This document shows positions 49,625 through 61,262 of a stretch of 64,000 bases of DNA, one piece after another. The stretch is taken from NCBI GenBank assembly GCA_028826165.1, contig JAPDFW010000070.1, forward strand, positions 744,001 to 808,000. The letters are read 5' to 3'. Made by a program: the position numbers and the translations under genes. The notes under the pieces are model-generated. The model was not told where the DNA came from. It ran no database searches and saw nothing but the letters and a program-made list of their open reading frames with translations. The stretch is from Anaeramoeba ignava BMAN. Lineage: Eukaryota > Protista > Anaeramoebae. Numbering within the stretch: position 1 is the first letter of the stretch; every line of letters starts with the position of its first letter.

Positions 49625-50230
49625 TTAAAATAAGAAACAGTTTGAATTGTTTGAATTGTTTGAATTGTTTGAATTGTTTGAATTGTTTGAATTGTTTGAA
49701 TTTGATTGAAATGAATCAAAAGGATATTTTCTAATTTCTCTTAAAAGAGTAGAAATTGTATCATCAATTTTATCTCTTGTTTTAGTAGAAATTTCAAAAA
49801 AAGGACAAAAATGGTTAATTGCAAATTCTTTTCCTTCTTCAGTTGAAATAATTCTTTGATTTTCAAGATCATTTTTATTTCCAACAATAATAATAGGAAA
49901 ATCATCAGAATTTTTAATACGATAAATTTCATTCAAATAATTTTGCAATTCATCAAAAGAATTTCTATCAATAATTGAATAAATTAAAACAAAACCATGT
50001 GATTTTTTATAAGTTTCCTTTCTAATATAATCATCAATCCATGGATCATAATAAACTGTATCAATAATTTCGAGAATAAGCAATTCATTATCAATTTCAA
50101 TTTGTTTTCTATAAGATTCTTCTATTGATTGATAATAATCTTGAACAAAAAATGATCGAATAAATTGAATTGTAAATGAGGATTTTCCAACAGCTCCACT
50201 TCCAATTACTGCAATAGTAGGTTTTTGCAT
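49625..50230 (-). CDS. Ras-like GTPase, second sub-array
   Basis: GSGAVGKS, YYQSIEE, G3 DTVYYDPW, CFLF. Confidence 0.92.
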   Translation of the reverse strand: MQKPTIAVIGSGAVGKSSFTIQFIRSFFVQDYYQSIEESYRKQIEIDNELLILEIIDTVYYDPWIDDYIRKETYKKSHGFVLIYSIIDRNSFDELQNYLNEIYRIKNSDDFPIIIVGNKNDLENQRIISTEEGKEFAINHFCPFFEISTKTRDKIDDTISTLLREIRKYPFDSFQSNSNNSNNSNNSNNSNNSNNSNCFLF

Positions 50231-50378
50231 ATAAATGAAAACAAAAATAATATTTCTTGATATTTTATATATTTATTTTTTTTAAATTAAAAAAAAATGA
50301 AAAAAAAATGAAAAAATTTTTTAATATTTTTTTTTTTGGATCTTCAATAAAAATCATTTTTTTCCACTCATCAAAACA

Positions 50379-52609
50379 ATGTCTTTTGATTTGTGTTTCC
50401 ATGATGCTTTAACTGAAGATGTTTTTTTTGATTCTGATTCAGGTTTTACAATGAATTATTATGGAGCAAAACTTTTAAATAAAAAAAAGGTTTTTAATGA
50501 ATTTCGATACAATGTAAAACATGCTTTAGAGTACATAAAAAGAATAGAAAATGGCGAACTTGTTAATTCAACTGGTGTTCTTGAGGAATCTGAGAATCGA
50601 GCTGTTGACCATTTTAATTTAAGAATGGAAGAAGAAGTTGTCAAAGGAAAATCTCTTCAAAAAAGTATTGAAGTTTATAATGATATACAAGAAAAAGTTG
50701 AGGAGATACTTTCTGGGAAAAAAACCACTTCAAAAGGTTTAAAGTAAGTTTTTTTATCAATACAATTTAAATTAAAAATTCAATTATAAAATTCATTTAT
50801 AAAATTCAATTTAAAATTAAAATTAAATATAAAATTCATTTATAAAATTAAAATCAAAATCATTTATAAATTTAAAATTAAAATCAAAATTAAAATTAAA
50901 ATTTAAATTTAAAATCATTTATGAAATTAAAATTAATATTTAAAATTAAAATTAATTATAAAATTCATTTATAAATTTAAAATTAAAATTAAAATTTAAA
51001 ATCAAATTTAAAATCAATATTAAATCCAATTATAATATTTAAATCAAAATTAAAATTAAAATTAAATTCATTTATGAAATCAAAATTGAAATTAATATAA
51101 AATCAAATTCAAAATAAAAATCAAAACCAAAATTAAAATTAAAATTAAAATCAAAATTAAAATCAAAATAAAATCAAAATTAATTATAATATTCAAAATT
51201 AATTATAAAATCAAATTTAAAATTAAAATTAAAATCAAAATCAAAATCAAAATGAATACAAAAAAAGATACACAGATATAGTCTTCAATGGAATAGGAGG
51301 ATCATTTCTTGGACCTTACATGATGATAGTATCACAATATGGAGCAGATTTCAATTTCACATCGAATTTACCAGTTAAATTACATTTTATATCAAACACA
51401 GATCCAACATCATTTGCATTACTTCTCTCTGAATTAAAAATAGAAACAACAATACTAGTTTCAATATCGAAATCCGGAACAACAGCAGAAACAGTAGGAA
51501 ACATGTTTGCATTCAATAAAGAATTAGAAAAAAAAAACTTAGAAATTGGAGAACACAATATCGGCATCACTACTCGCGATTCATGGCTCCACAAGTATGG
51601 ACTGGCTAACAAATACCTGTATACATTTCATGTTGAAAACGAAACTGGCGGGCGAGTGTCTGTTTGTAGTGCTGTGGGAATGGTACCAATGGCATTCGCA
51701 AGAATCAACTTCATAGAGTTCATAAAAGGCCAGTCTCACATGGACAAACTCACTCGCATGGAAGATCCCGAAAAGAACCCTGCAATGATTGTGGCGATTA
51801 TTCTTCAAAAAATCACACTTGAATCAAATCACCAAAATGTGGTTGTTCTTTCTTACACAGATTTTCTTCGTGAATACTCACACTATTTACAGCAGCTGTA
51901 CTGCGAATCACTCGGCAAAGAATATGACATCAACGGACTCTTGATTAACCATGGACAAACCGTTTACGGGGGAGTGGGGACGAGTGAGCAACACTCTTTT
52001 ATTCAGCAAATCCAAAAAGGAATTCATAACGTAATTGCTCGCTTTATTTACTGCAGAAAAAGAACAACCGACTATGAAAACCAAAAGGCAGGAACAATGG
52101 GAAGACAATTACTCGGCTTTCTCAAGGGTACAGAGTCGGCGTTGATCAGAAACAACAGGCCGTTCATCACATGCACTGTGGAGTCCAATAGTCCGTTCAA
52201 TATGGGAATGCTGATTGCTCTTGAAGAGCGTGTTGTTGCGTTTCTTGGCGCGTTCAGAAACCTCAATCCGTTTGACCAGCCCGGTGTGCAAGACGGAAAG
52301 CTTGCTTCGGATTTTTTCAATAAATTTTCAAAAGAGTTGATTGAAAGCATCGCAAAATTTTTTGCTGATCCAAAGGCTGAATCTTTTACTGGAGGTGCTA
52401 ATGAGGCATTGATTCAGTTCATGAAAATTGATACAGTTCAATCAAGCGATATTTTGAACCAGCAACTTATTATTGCTGATACAATTTTATCTGATATTGA
52501 AGCTAATTTGTTTGTTAGTTATCCTCAATTAAAGGATTTGATTTCCGTTTCTCGTTCTTTTGATAATTCAAGATTCGTTTATGTTATTCATCATAAGGAT
52601 CAAAATTAA
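50379..52609 (+). CDS. GPI: Glucose-6-phosphate isomerase; intron 50744-51267
   Basis: ENRAVDH, GIGGSFLG, SISKSGTTAET, GGRVSVCS, QQLYCESLGK, QHSFIQ, PFDQPGVQDGK. Confidence 0.93.
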
Positions 52610-53545
52610 AATTCAAAATCAAAATTGAAATGAAAATCAAAATCAAAATCAAAATTAAAATTAAAATGAAAATCAAAATTTAAAATCAAAATTGAAATGA
52701 AAATCAAAATTCAAATTCAAAATGAAAATCAAAATTGAAATTCAAAATCAAAATTGAAATTCAAAATCAAAATTGAAATTGAAATTCAAATTAAAATCAA
52801 ATTCAAATGAAAATTAAAATCAAAATCAAATTTAAAATCAAATTAAAATCAAATTCAAATTCAAAATCAAAATCAAATTCAAATTTAAAATCAAAATTGA
52901 AATAAAAATCAAAATCAAAATTCAAATTCAAAATCAAATTCAAAATCAAATCAAATAAAAATCAAAATCAAATTCAAAATTTAAATCCAAATTAAATAAA
53001 AATCAAAATCAAAATTCAAATTCAAATTAAAATAAAAATCAAATTGAAATTCAAAATCAAATTCAAAATCAAAATCAAAATCAAATTCAAAATCAAATTA
53101 AAATCAAAATCAAATTCAAAATCAAAATTCAAATTCAAATTAAAATAAAAATCAAATTCAAATTCAAATTCAAAATCAAATTAAAATTTAAATTCAAATT
53201 CAAATTCAAATTCAAATTCAAATTCAAATTAAAATTAAAATTAAAATCAAAATGAAAATTCAAATTCAAACAAAATTCAAAATAAAAATGAAAATTCAAA
53301 TTAAAATTAAAATTCAAAATCAAATTCAAAATCAAAATTGAAATGAAAATCAAAATTCAAATTTAAATTTAAATTAAAATTAAAATCAAAATGAAAATTC
53401 AAATTCAAACAAAATTCAAATTGAAAATTCAAATTCAAATTCAAATTCAAATTCAAAATCAAAATTTAAATTCAAAATCAAAATCAAATTCAAAATCAAA
53501 ATTGAAATTTAAATTGAAAATCAATTTGAAATTCAAAATAAAAAT
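52610..53545. repeat. AAAATC/AAATTC degenerate microsatellite
   Basis: Intergenic hexamer repeats. Confidence 0.9.
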
Positions 53546-53615
53546 CAAAATAATTTGGAAAAATATTTTTTCATTTTTTTTCTTTCTTTTTAATTTTTGG
53601 ATCATATTTTTAAAA

Positions 53616-56061
53616 ATGTCTCTTTCTCGTTATCAAGCCTCAATGGTTCTTGCTGGTGTTGGTTTGTTTTATTAAATTTTATTTGGTTTACTTTTCATTT
53701 ATTCAAAAAAAAACAAAACAAATTAAATTAAAAAGGTGATTCAATGGGTTATTTTCATGGAAAATGGGAATTTAATTTTCAAACAGAAAAAATTCATAAA
53801 GAACTTTATGAATTAACAAATGGTGAAGGAATTAAAGCTTTACATTTAAAAGGAAAAGATTGGCTTGTTAGTGATGATACTGTAATTTATTTATATTTCA
53901 AAAAAAAAGGAAAACAAATAATTTGAAAGATTTTTTTCGTTTTCTTTTTCTTTCTTTCTTTCTTTCTTTCTCAAAAAAAGGTTATGATGATGGCAACTGC
54001 AATAGCTTTATTATCATTAACAAAAAAAAGAGAAAAAATTAAAAAAGAAAAATTTTCTATAAATCAAATGAAAAAAAAGATGAAAATGAAAATTCAAAAG
54101 GAAAAATCAAATAAAGAATCAAATAAAGAACCAAATAAAGAATCAAATCAAAAATCAAATAAAGAATTAAATAAAGAATCAAACAAAAATCAAATCAAAA
54201 ATCAAATCAAAAATCAAATAAAGAATCAAATCAAAAATCAAATCAAAAATCAAATCAAAAATCAAATCAAAAATCAAATCAAAAATCAAATCAAAAATCA
54301 AATAAAGAATCAAATCAAGAATCAAATCAAAAATCAAATCAAAAATCAAATCAAAAATCAAATAAAGAATCAAATCAAAAATCAAATAAAGAATCAAATC
54401 AAAAATCAAATAAAGAATTAAATCAAAAATCAAATCAAAAATCAAATCAAAAATTAAATCAAAAATCAAATAAAGAATCAAATCAAAAATCAAATCAAAA
54501 ATCAAATCAAAAATCAAATCAAAAATCAAATCAAAAATCAAATCAAAAATCAAATCAAAAATCAAATAAAGAATTAAATCAAAAATCAAATCAAAAATCA
54601 AATAAAGAATTAAATCAAAAATCAAATCAAAAATCAAATCAAAAATCAAATCAAAAATCAAATAAAGAACCAAATAAAGAATTAAATAAAGAATCAAATC
54701 AAAAATCAAATCAAAAATCAAATAAAGAACCAAATAAAGAATTAAATCAAAAATCAAATCAAAAATCAAATCAAAAATCAAATAAAGAATCAAATAAAGA
54801 ATCAAATCAAAAATCAAATCAAAAATCAAATCAAAAATCAAATCAAAAATCAAATCAAAAATCAAATCAACATTCAAATCAAAAATCAAATCAACAAAAT
54901 TTTGATTATCTTCCAATTAATAAAAATCTTTATGTTAATATTGCAAGAGAATATGTTCGTTCATTTGGTAATATGAGAGGAAGATCACCAGGTTTAAAAT
55001 CTAAAGCTTCATTAAAAAGAATAGCAACACTTCCAGGAAAATACTGGTGTATTATTCCATTTGATTCAAAAGCAGGAGGTTGTGGAGCTGCGTGAGTTAT
55101 ATAAATTAAATCAAATATTTATATATAAATTAAATCAAATTAAAATAAATCAAATCAAATTAAATATTTATATATAAATTAAATCAAATTAAATATTTAT
55201 ATATAAATTAAATTAAATTAAATATTTATATATAAATTAAAATAAATCAAAATAAATCAAATTAAATATTTATATATAAATTAAATCAAATTAAATATTT
55301 ATATATAAATTAAATTAAATTAAATATTTATATATAAATTAAATTAAATATTTATATATAAATTTTCAATGAATAGAATGAGAGCAACTCCTATTGGATT
55401 AGCTTTTCCAAATCTTGAAACTCAAATTGAAAAATTAATATCAATCTCAATAGAATCAGGAAGAATAACGCACCATCATCCATCAGGATATTTAGGTGCA
55501 TTAGCAGCAGCACTTTTCACATCATATGCAATAAATGATATTCCAATATATGAATGGGGAAGGAAATTAATCAATGAAATAATACCTAAAGCGAAAGAAT
55601 ATTTAGAAAAAAGTGGAAGAGAAGTGGAAAAAAATTTATTAACAATGGAATATTTTATAAGAATTTGGAAGACTTATTTAGAAGAAAGAAACTTACTTGA
55701 AGGTGAAATAGGATTTGAGAAAATCAACTGGCCAAAAAAATATCATGAAGATCATAAAATTCGGGACAATTGGATCAAATCAGTTTCATATTCAGGATGG
55801 GGAGGATCTTCTGGTCATGATTCAACTTTGATTGCTTGGGATTGTTTATTAGCAGCTCAATCTGATTGGGAAAATCTTTGTTTAAGGTTTCTTTGTGGTG
55901 GAGATTCTGATTCAATTGGTGTTCTTGCTGGTGCTTGGTATGGTGCTGTTTATGGTTTTGATGAAAATGTTCCTAAATTAAATTATGAAGATTTAGAATA
56001 TTTTGATAAGTTAATGGAAATTGGTTCTGATTTATTTGATTTATCTCAAAAACAGTTTTAA
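53616..56061 (+). CDS. ADPRH: ADP-ribosylarginine hydrolase (ARH1-like); exons 53616-53661, 53736-53881, 53981-55092, 55377-56061
   Basis: [76 protein letters not shown]. Confidence 0.9.
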
Positions 56062-56064
56062 AAA

Positions 56065-58925
56065 TTAATAAAATAAAAAGAGGAATAAAAAGGAAATTAT
56101 TTTATTTTTGAATTATTAATTTAAATTAGGGATAAAAGGCAATTAGGAACGAAGCAAATTATTATTTATTTAGTTTTAAAATTAATTAAATAAAAAGAGG
56201 AATAAAAGCAAATTATTATTTATTTAGTTTAAAATTAATAAAATTAAAAGAGGAATAAAAGCAAATTATTATTTATTTTGTTTTAAATTAATAAAATAAA
56301 AAGAGGAATAAAAGTAAATTATTATTTATTTTGGTTTTAAATTAATAAAATTAAAAAGAGGAATAGAAGCAAATTATTATTTATTTTAGTTTTAAATTAA
56401 TAAAATAAAAAGAGGAATAAAAGCAAATTATTAATTATTTTGTTTTAAATTAATTAAATAAAAAAGAGGAATAAAAGTAAATTATTATTTATTTTGTTTT
56501 AAAATTAATAAAATAAAAATTGGAATAAAAGCAAATTATTATTTATTTTGTTTAAAATTAATAAAATAAAATTGGATCAGAAGCAAATTATTATTTATTT
56601 AGTTTTAAAATTAATTAAATAAAAAAGAGGAATAAAAGCAAATTATTATTTATTTTGTTTTAAATTAATTAAATAAAAAAGAGGAATAAAAGCAAATTAT
56701 TATTTGTTTTAAATTAATAAAATAAAAAGAGGAATAAAAGCAAATTATAATTTATTTTGGTTTAAAATTAATTAAATTAAAAGAGGAATAAAAACAAATT
56801 ATTATTTATTTAGTTTTAAATTAATTAATTTAAAAAGAGGAATAAAAGTAAATTATAATTTATTTTGTTTTAAATTAATTAAATTAAAAAGAGGAATAAA
56901 AACAAATTATTATTTATTTTGTTTAAAATTAATTAATTTAAAAAGAGGAATAAAAGTAAATTATTATTTATTTTGTTTAAAATTAATAAAATAAAAAGAG
57001 GAATAAAAGCAAATTATTATTTATTTTGTTTTAAATTAATTAAATTAAAAAGAGGAATAAAAGCAAATTATTATTTATTTTGTTTTAAATTAATTAAATA
57101 AAAAAGAGGAATAAAAGCAAATTATTATTTATTTAGTTTTAAATTAATTAATTTAAATTAGGAATAAAAGTAAATTATTATTTATTTGGTTTTAAATTAA
57201 TTAAATAAAAAAGAGGAATAAAAGCAAATTATTATTTATTTAGTTTAAAATTAATTAAATTAAAAAGAGGAATAAAAGCAAATTATTATTTATTTTGTTT
57301 AAAATTAATAAAATAAAAAGAGGAATAAAAGCAAATTATTATTTATTTAGTTTAAAATTAATTAAATAAAAAGAGGAATAAAAGCAAATTATTATTTATT
57401 TTGGTTTAAAATTAATTAAATAAAAAAGAGGAATAAAAACAAATTATTATTTATTTTTGTTTAAAATTAATTAAATAAAAAGAGGAATAAAAGCAAATTA
57501 TTATTTATTTAGTTTTAAATTAATTAAAGAAAAAGAGGAATAAAAAGGAAATTATTTTATTTTTGAATTATTAATTTAAATTAGGGATAAAAGGCAATTA
57601 GGAACGAAGCAAATTATTATTTATTTTGGTTTTAAATTAATAAAATAAAAAGAGGAATAAAAGCAAATTATTATTTATTTAGTTTTAAATTAATTAAATT
57701 AAAAAAGGGATAAAAGCAAATTATTATTTATTTTTGTTTAAAATTAATAAAATAAAAAGAGGAATAAAAGCAAATTATTATTTATTTAGTTTTAAATTAA
57801 TTAAATTAAAATTGGAATAAAAGCAAATTATTATTTATTTAGTTTAAAATTAATTAATTTAAATTAGGAACGAAGCAAATTATTATTTATTTTGTTTTAA
57901 ATTAATAAAATAAAAAGAGGAATAGAAGCAAATTATTATTTATTTTGTTTTAAATTAATTAAATTAAAAAGAGGAATAAAAGCAAATTATTATTTATTTT
58001 GTTTAAAATTAATAAAATAAAAAGAGGAATAAAAGCAAATTATTATTTATTTGGTTTAAAATTAATTAAAATAAAAATTGGAATAAAAGCAAATTATTAT
58101 TTATTTAGTTTTAAATTAATTAAAGAAAAAGAGGAATAAAAGCAAATTATTATTTATTTTGTTTAAAATTAATTAAATAAAAAAGAGGAATAAAAGCAAA
58201 TTATTATTTATTTAGTTTTAAATTAATTAAATAAAAAGAGGAATAAAAGCAAATTATTATTTATTTTGTTTAAAATTAATAAAATAAAAAGAGGAATAAA
58301 AGCAAATTATTATTTATTTTGTTTAAAATTAATTAAATAAAAAGAGGAATAAAAGCAAATTATTATTTATTTAGTTTAAAATTAATTAAATAAAAAAGAG
58401 GATCAAAGCAAATTATTTATTTATTTAGTTTAAAATAAATAAAATAAAAAGAGGATCAAAGCAAATTATTATTTATTTAGTTTAAAATTAATAAAAGAAA
58501 AAGTGGAATAAAAGCAAATTATTATTTATTTTATTTAAAATTAATAAAATAAAAAGAGGAATAAAAGCAAATTATTAATTTAGTTTAAAATTAATTAAAT
58601 AAAAAGAGGAATAAAAACAAATTATTATTTATTTGGTTTAAAATTAATTAAATAAAAAGAGGAATAAAAGCAAATTAGTATTTATTTTGGTTTAAAATTA
58701 ATAAAATAAAAAAGAGGAATAAAAGCAAATTATTATTTATTTTGTTTTAAATTAATAAAATAAAAAGAGGAATAAAAGCAAATTATTATTTATTTAGTTT
58801 AAAATTAATTAAAGAAAAAGAGGAATAAAAACAAATTATTATTTATTTAGTTTAAAATTAATTAAATTGGAATTGGATCAAAAGCAAATTATTATTTATT
58901 TAGTTTAAAATTAATTAAATTGGAA
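56065..58925. repeat. About 50-bp minisatellite, roughly 55 copies
   Basis: Unit AAAAGAGGAATAAAAGCAAATTATTATTTATTTTGTTTTAAATTAATTAAAT. Confidence 0.95.
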
Positions 58926-59002
58926 AAAGCAAATTTTTTTGCTTTTTTTTTAAATAAAAAAAATTTTTTGGTTTTTTAAAATTTCATTTTTCTCCAAACA
59001 AA

Positions 59003-60760
59003 ATGGAAAAAATTAAAACAGAATATGTTATGAAAAAGTTATTAAACAACCCACAAAACGTAGTTCACGAAATGGTAGAAGGATTTCAAAAAATCTACAA
59101 TTCCGCAGTAAAACGACTAGCAGATCCTTACAGCGCAGTATGTGTACGAGCGGACACAACGGAAGTACGGGACAAGAAGGTATCATTAATAAGCGGAGGA
59201 GGAAGCGGACATGAACCAGCACACTCAGGATTTATCGGAAAAGGAATGTTAACGGCAGCCGTTGCCGGGAATGTTTTCACTTCACCAACTTCAGATCTTG
59301 TTCTAGCAGCAATTAAAGCAACTTCTGGCAAGCCAGGAACTCTTTTGATTGTTAAAAATTACACTGGAGATCGACTAACTTTTGGAATTGCAAGAGAAAT
59401 GGCAAAATCACTTGGTTACAAAGTCGAAATGGTTGTTGTTGCTGATGATGTCGCTATCGAAGATGTCCAAGGCAGACGTGGGATTGCTGGTACTGTATTC
59501 GTCCATAAAATTGCCGGCGCTATGGCTGAAAAAGGCGCCACTTTGGAAGAGATAGTTGCCAAAGTCAAAGCTATAACGCCAAAAATTAAATCAATGGGTG
59601 TGGCATTGACACCTTGTACTAATCCTCTTGTTGGTCATCCTTCCTTCGAAATTGAGTCCGACCAGATCGAATTCGGCCTCGGAATCCACGGCGAAAAGGG
59701 TGTTCTACGAACAAAGATCCAAACCGTTGACGATATTGTTCGAAAAATTATAACGGAAAATTTGGTTCTTAAAAAAAATTACGATCCAAAAACTCCCCCC
59801 AAAAAAACAGTCCTTCTTGTAAACAACTTGGGAAGTACCACAACCATGGAGATGATGGTTGTTGCTCGCTCAGCGTTGCAAGTTCTCGAGGAATACAAGG
59901 ACATCCATATTTCAAGAGTGCTCTGCGGACACTACATGACTTCCCTCGACATGCAAGGAATCTCATTGTCACTTCTCGAGGATGTTGATGAGGAAACTCT
60001 TAGCTTACTCGATGCACCAACAAACGCCCCTGCTTGGCCTTCCGATGCCGTCTTTAAACTTACTGAAAGATCCAAAGATGACCAACAAATCAAAGTTGAT
60101 CTTGAAACTAAAGTAGATGAGAAAATCATCAAATTCCCTGAAATTGTTCAAAATCCTAAAATCAAACTTGCCACTCAATTTGTCACAAAGAAAATGCTTG
60201 AGAACATCGATGAGTTTACAGAATTGGACAGAATCACTGGAGACGGCGATTTCGGCATTAATATCCAAAACGGATGCAATTCGGTTGACAATTTTTTTGC
60301 AGAACAAAAAACTCCATCCAAAAATTTCTTTTTCGACATTTCTTTGGCTATAAAGAAATCCATGGGAGGAGCATCAGGAGGGATCTTCTCAATCTTCTTC
60401 TTGAGACTTGCTCAAGTACTTGCTGAACGCGGCAACTATTATGAAGGGCTTCTGGAAGGATGTAAAAACATCATCCAAATTGGAGGTGCTGATGTTGGTG
60501 ATCGAACTTTAATTGATTCTCTTTATCCAGCCGTTGAAGCTATGGCTAAATTGGCTAATGAAAAGAAAGGCTCGTTTTTGGATATCCTCAAAGCTGGTGC
60601 TGCTGAAGCTCAAAAAGGTTCTGATTCGACTAAGAAAATGAAAGGCAAAAAAGGAAGATCTGGTTATCTTGGTGACAGAGTTTTGAATTATGCTGACCCT
60701 GGTTCAGTTGCTATTGCTAAGATTTTTGCTGCTTTAGTTGAGTTTTTCGAAAAGAATTAA
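59003..60760 (+). CDS. DAK: Dihydroxyacetone kinase / triokinase-FMN cyclase (fused DhaK-DhaL)
   Basis: SGGGSGHEPAH, VKNYTGDRLTFG, GLGIHGE, GDGDFG, MGGASG, GDRTLID, DPG. Intronless. Confidence 0.95.
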   Translation: MEKIKTEYVMKKLLNNPQNVVHEMVEGFQKIYNSAVKRLADPYSAVCVRADTTEVRDKKVSLISGGGSGHEPAHSGFIGKGMLTAAVAGNVFTSPTSDLVLAAIKATSGKPGTLLIVKNYTGDRLTFGIAREMAKSLGYKVEMVVVADDVAIEDVQGRRGIAGTVFVHKIAGAMAEKGATLEEIVAKVKAITPKIKSMGVALTPCTNPLVGHPSFEIESDQIEFGLGIHGEKGVLRTKIQTVDDIVRKIITENLVLKKNYDPKTPPKKTVLLVNNLGSTTTMEMMVVARSALQVLEEYKDIHISRVLCGHYMTSLDMQGISLSLLEDVDEETLSLLDAPTNAPAWPSDAVFKLTERSKDDQQIKVDLETKVDEKIIKFPEIVQNPKIKLATQFVTKKMLENIDEFTELDRITGDGDFGINIQNGCNSVDNFFAEQKTPSKNFFFDISLAIKKSMGGASGGIFSIFFLRLAQVLAERGNYYEGLLEGCKNIIQIGGADVGDRTLIDSLYPAVEAMAKLANEKKGSFLDILKAGAAEAQKGSDSTKKMKGKKGRSGYLGDRVLNYADPGSVAIAKIFAALVEFFEKN

Positions 60761-60839
60761 AACCGTTTTTTTTTTTTCCATTTTTTTTTTCCATTTTTTT
60801 TTTCCATTTTAAATTTCAGTTCAAAAAGTGGAACCAAAC

Positions 60840-61212
60840 AAATTAAAACAAAATCAAAATTAAATCCAAATTAAAATTAAATTAAAATTAAAATTAAAAT
60901 TAAATCAAAATCAAAATTAAAATCAAAATTAAATCAAAATCAAAATTAAATCAAAATTAAATTAAATCAAAATTAAATCAAAATTAAAATTAAATTAAAT
61001 CAAAATTAAAATTAAATCAAAATTAAATCAAAATTAAAATTAAATTAAAATTAAAATTAAAATTAAATCAAAATTAAAATTAAAATTAAAATTAAATTAA
61101 AATTAAAATCAAAATTAAAATTAAAATTAAAATTAAAATTAAAATTAAAACAAAATAAAATCAAAATTAAAATTAAAATCAAAATTAAATCCAAATTAAA
61201 ATTAAATCAAAA
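60840..61212. repeat. AAAATT/AAAATC microsatellite
   Basis: Intergenic hexamer repeats. Confidence 0.9.
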
Positions 61213-61262
61213 TTTTTTTTTCATTTTTCATTTTTCATTTTTCATTTTTCATTTTTCTTTAA

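Noticed and set aside
30952-50230. Diversity-generating retroelement driving Ras variation
   Set aside because: No reverse transcriptase or invariant template repeat is present in the window, and the variation includes indels and non-adenine changes.
56126-57586. TTAGGG telomeric seeds
   Set aside because: Only isolated single hexamers inside a satellite variant.
56065-58925. CRISPR-like regular repeats
   Set aside because: There are no unique spacers and no cas genes; this is a eukaryotic minisatellite.
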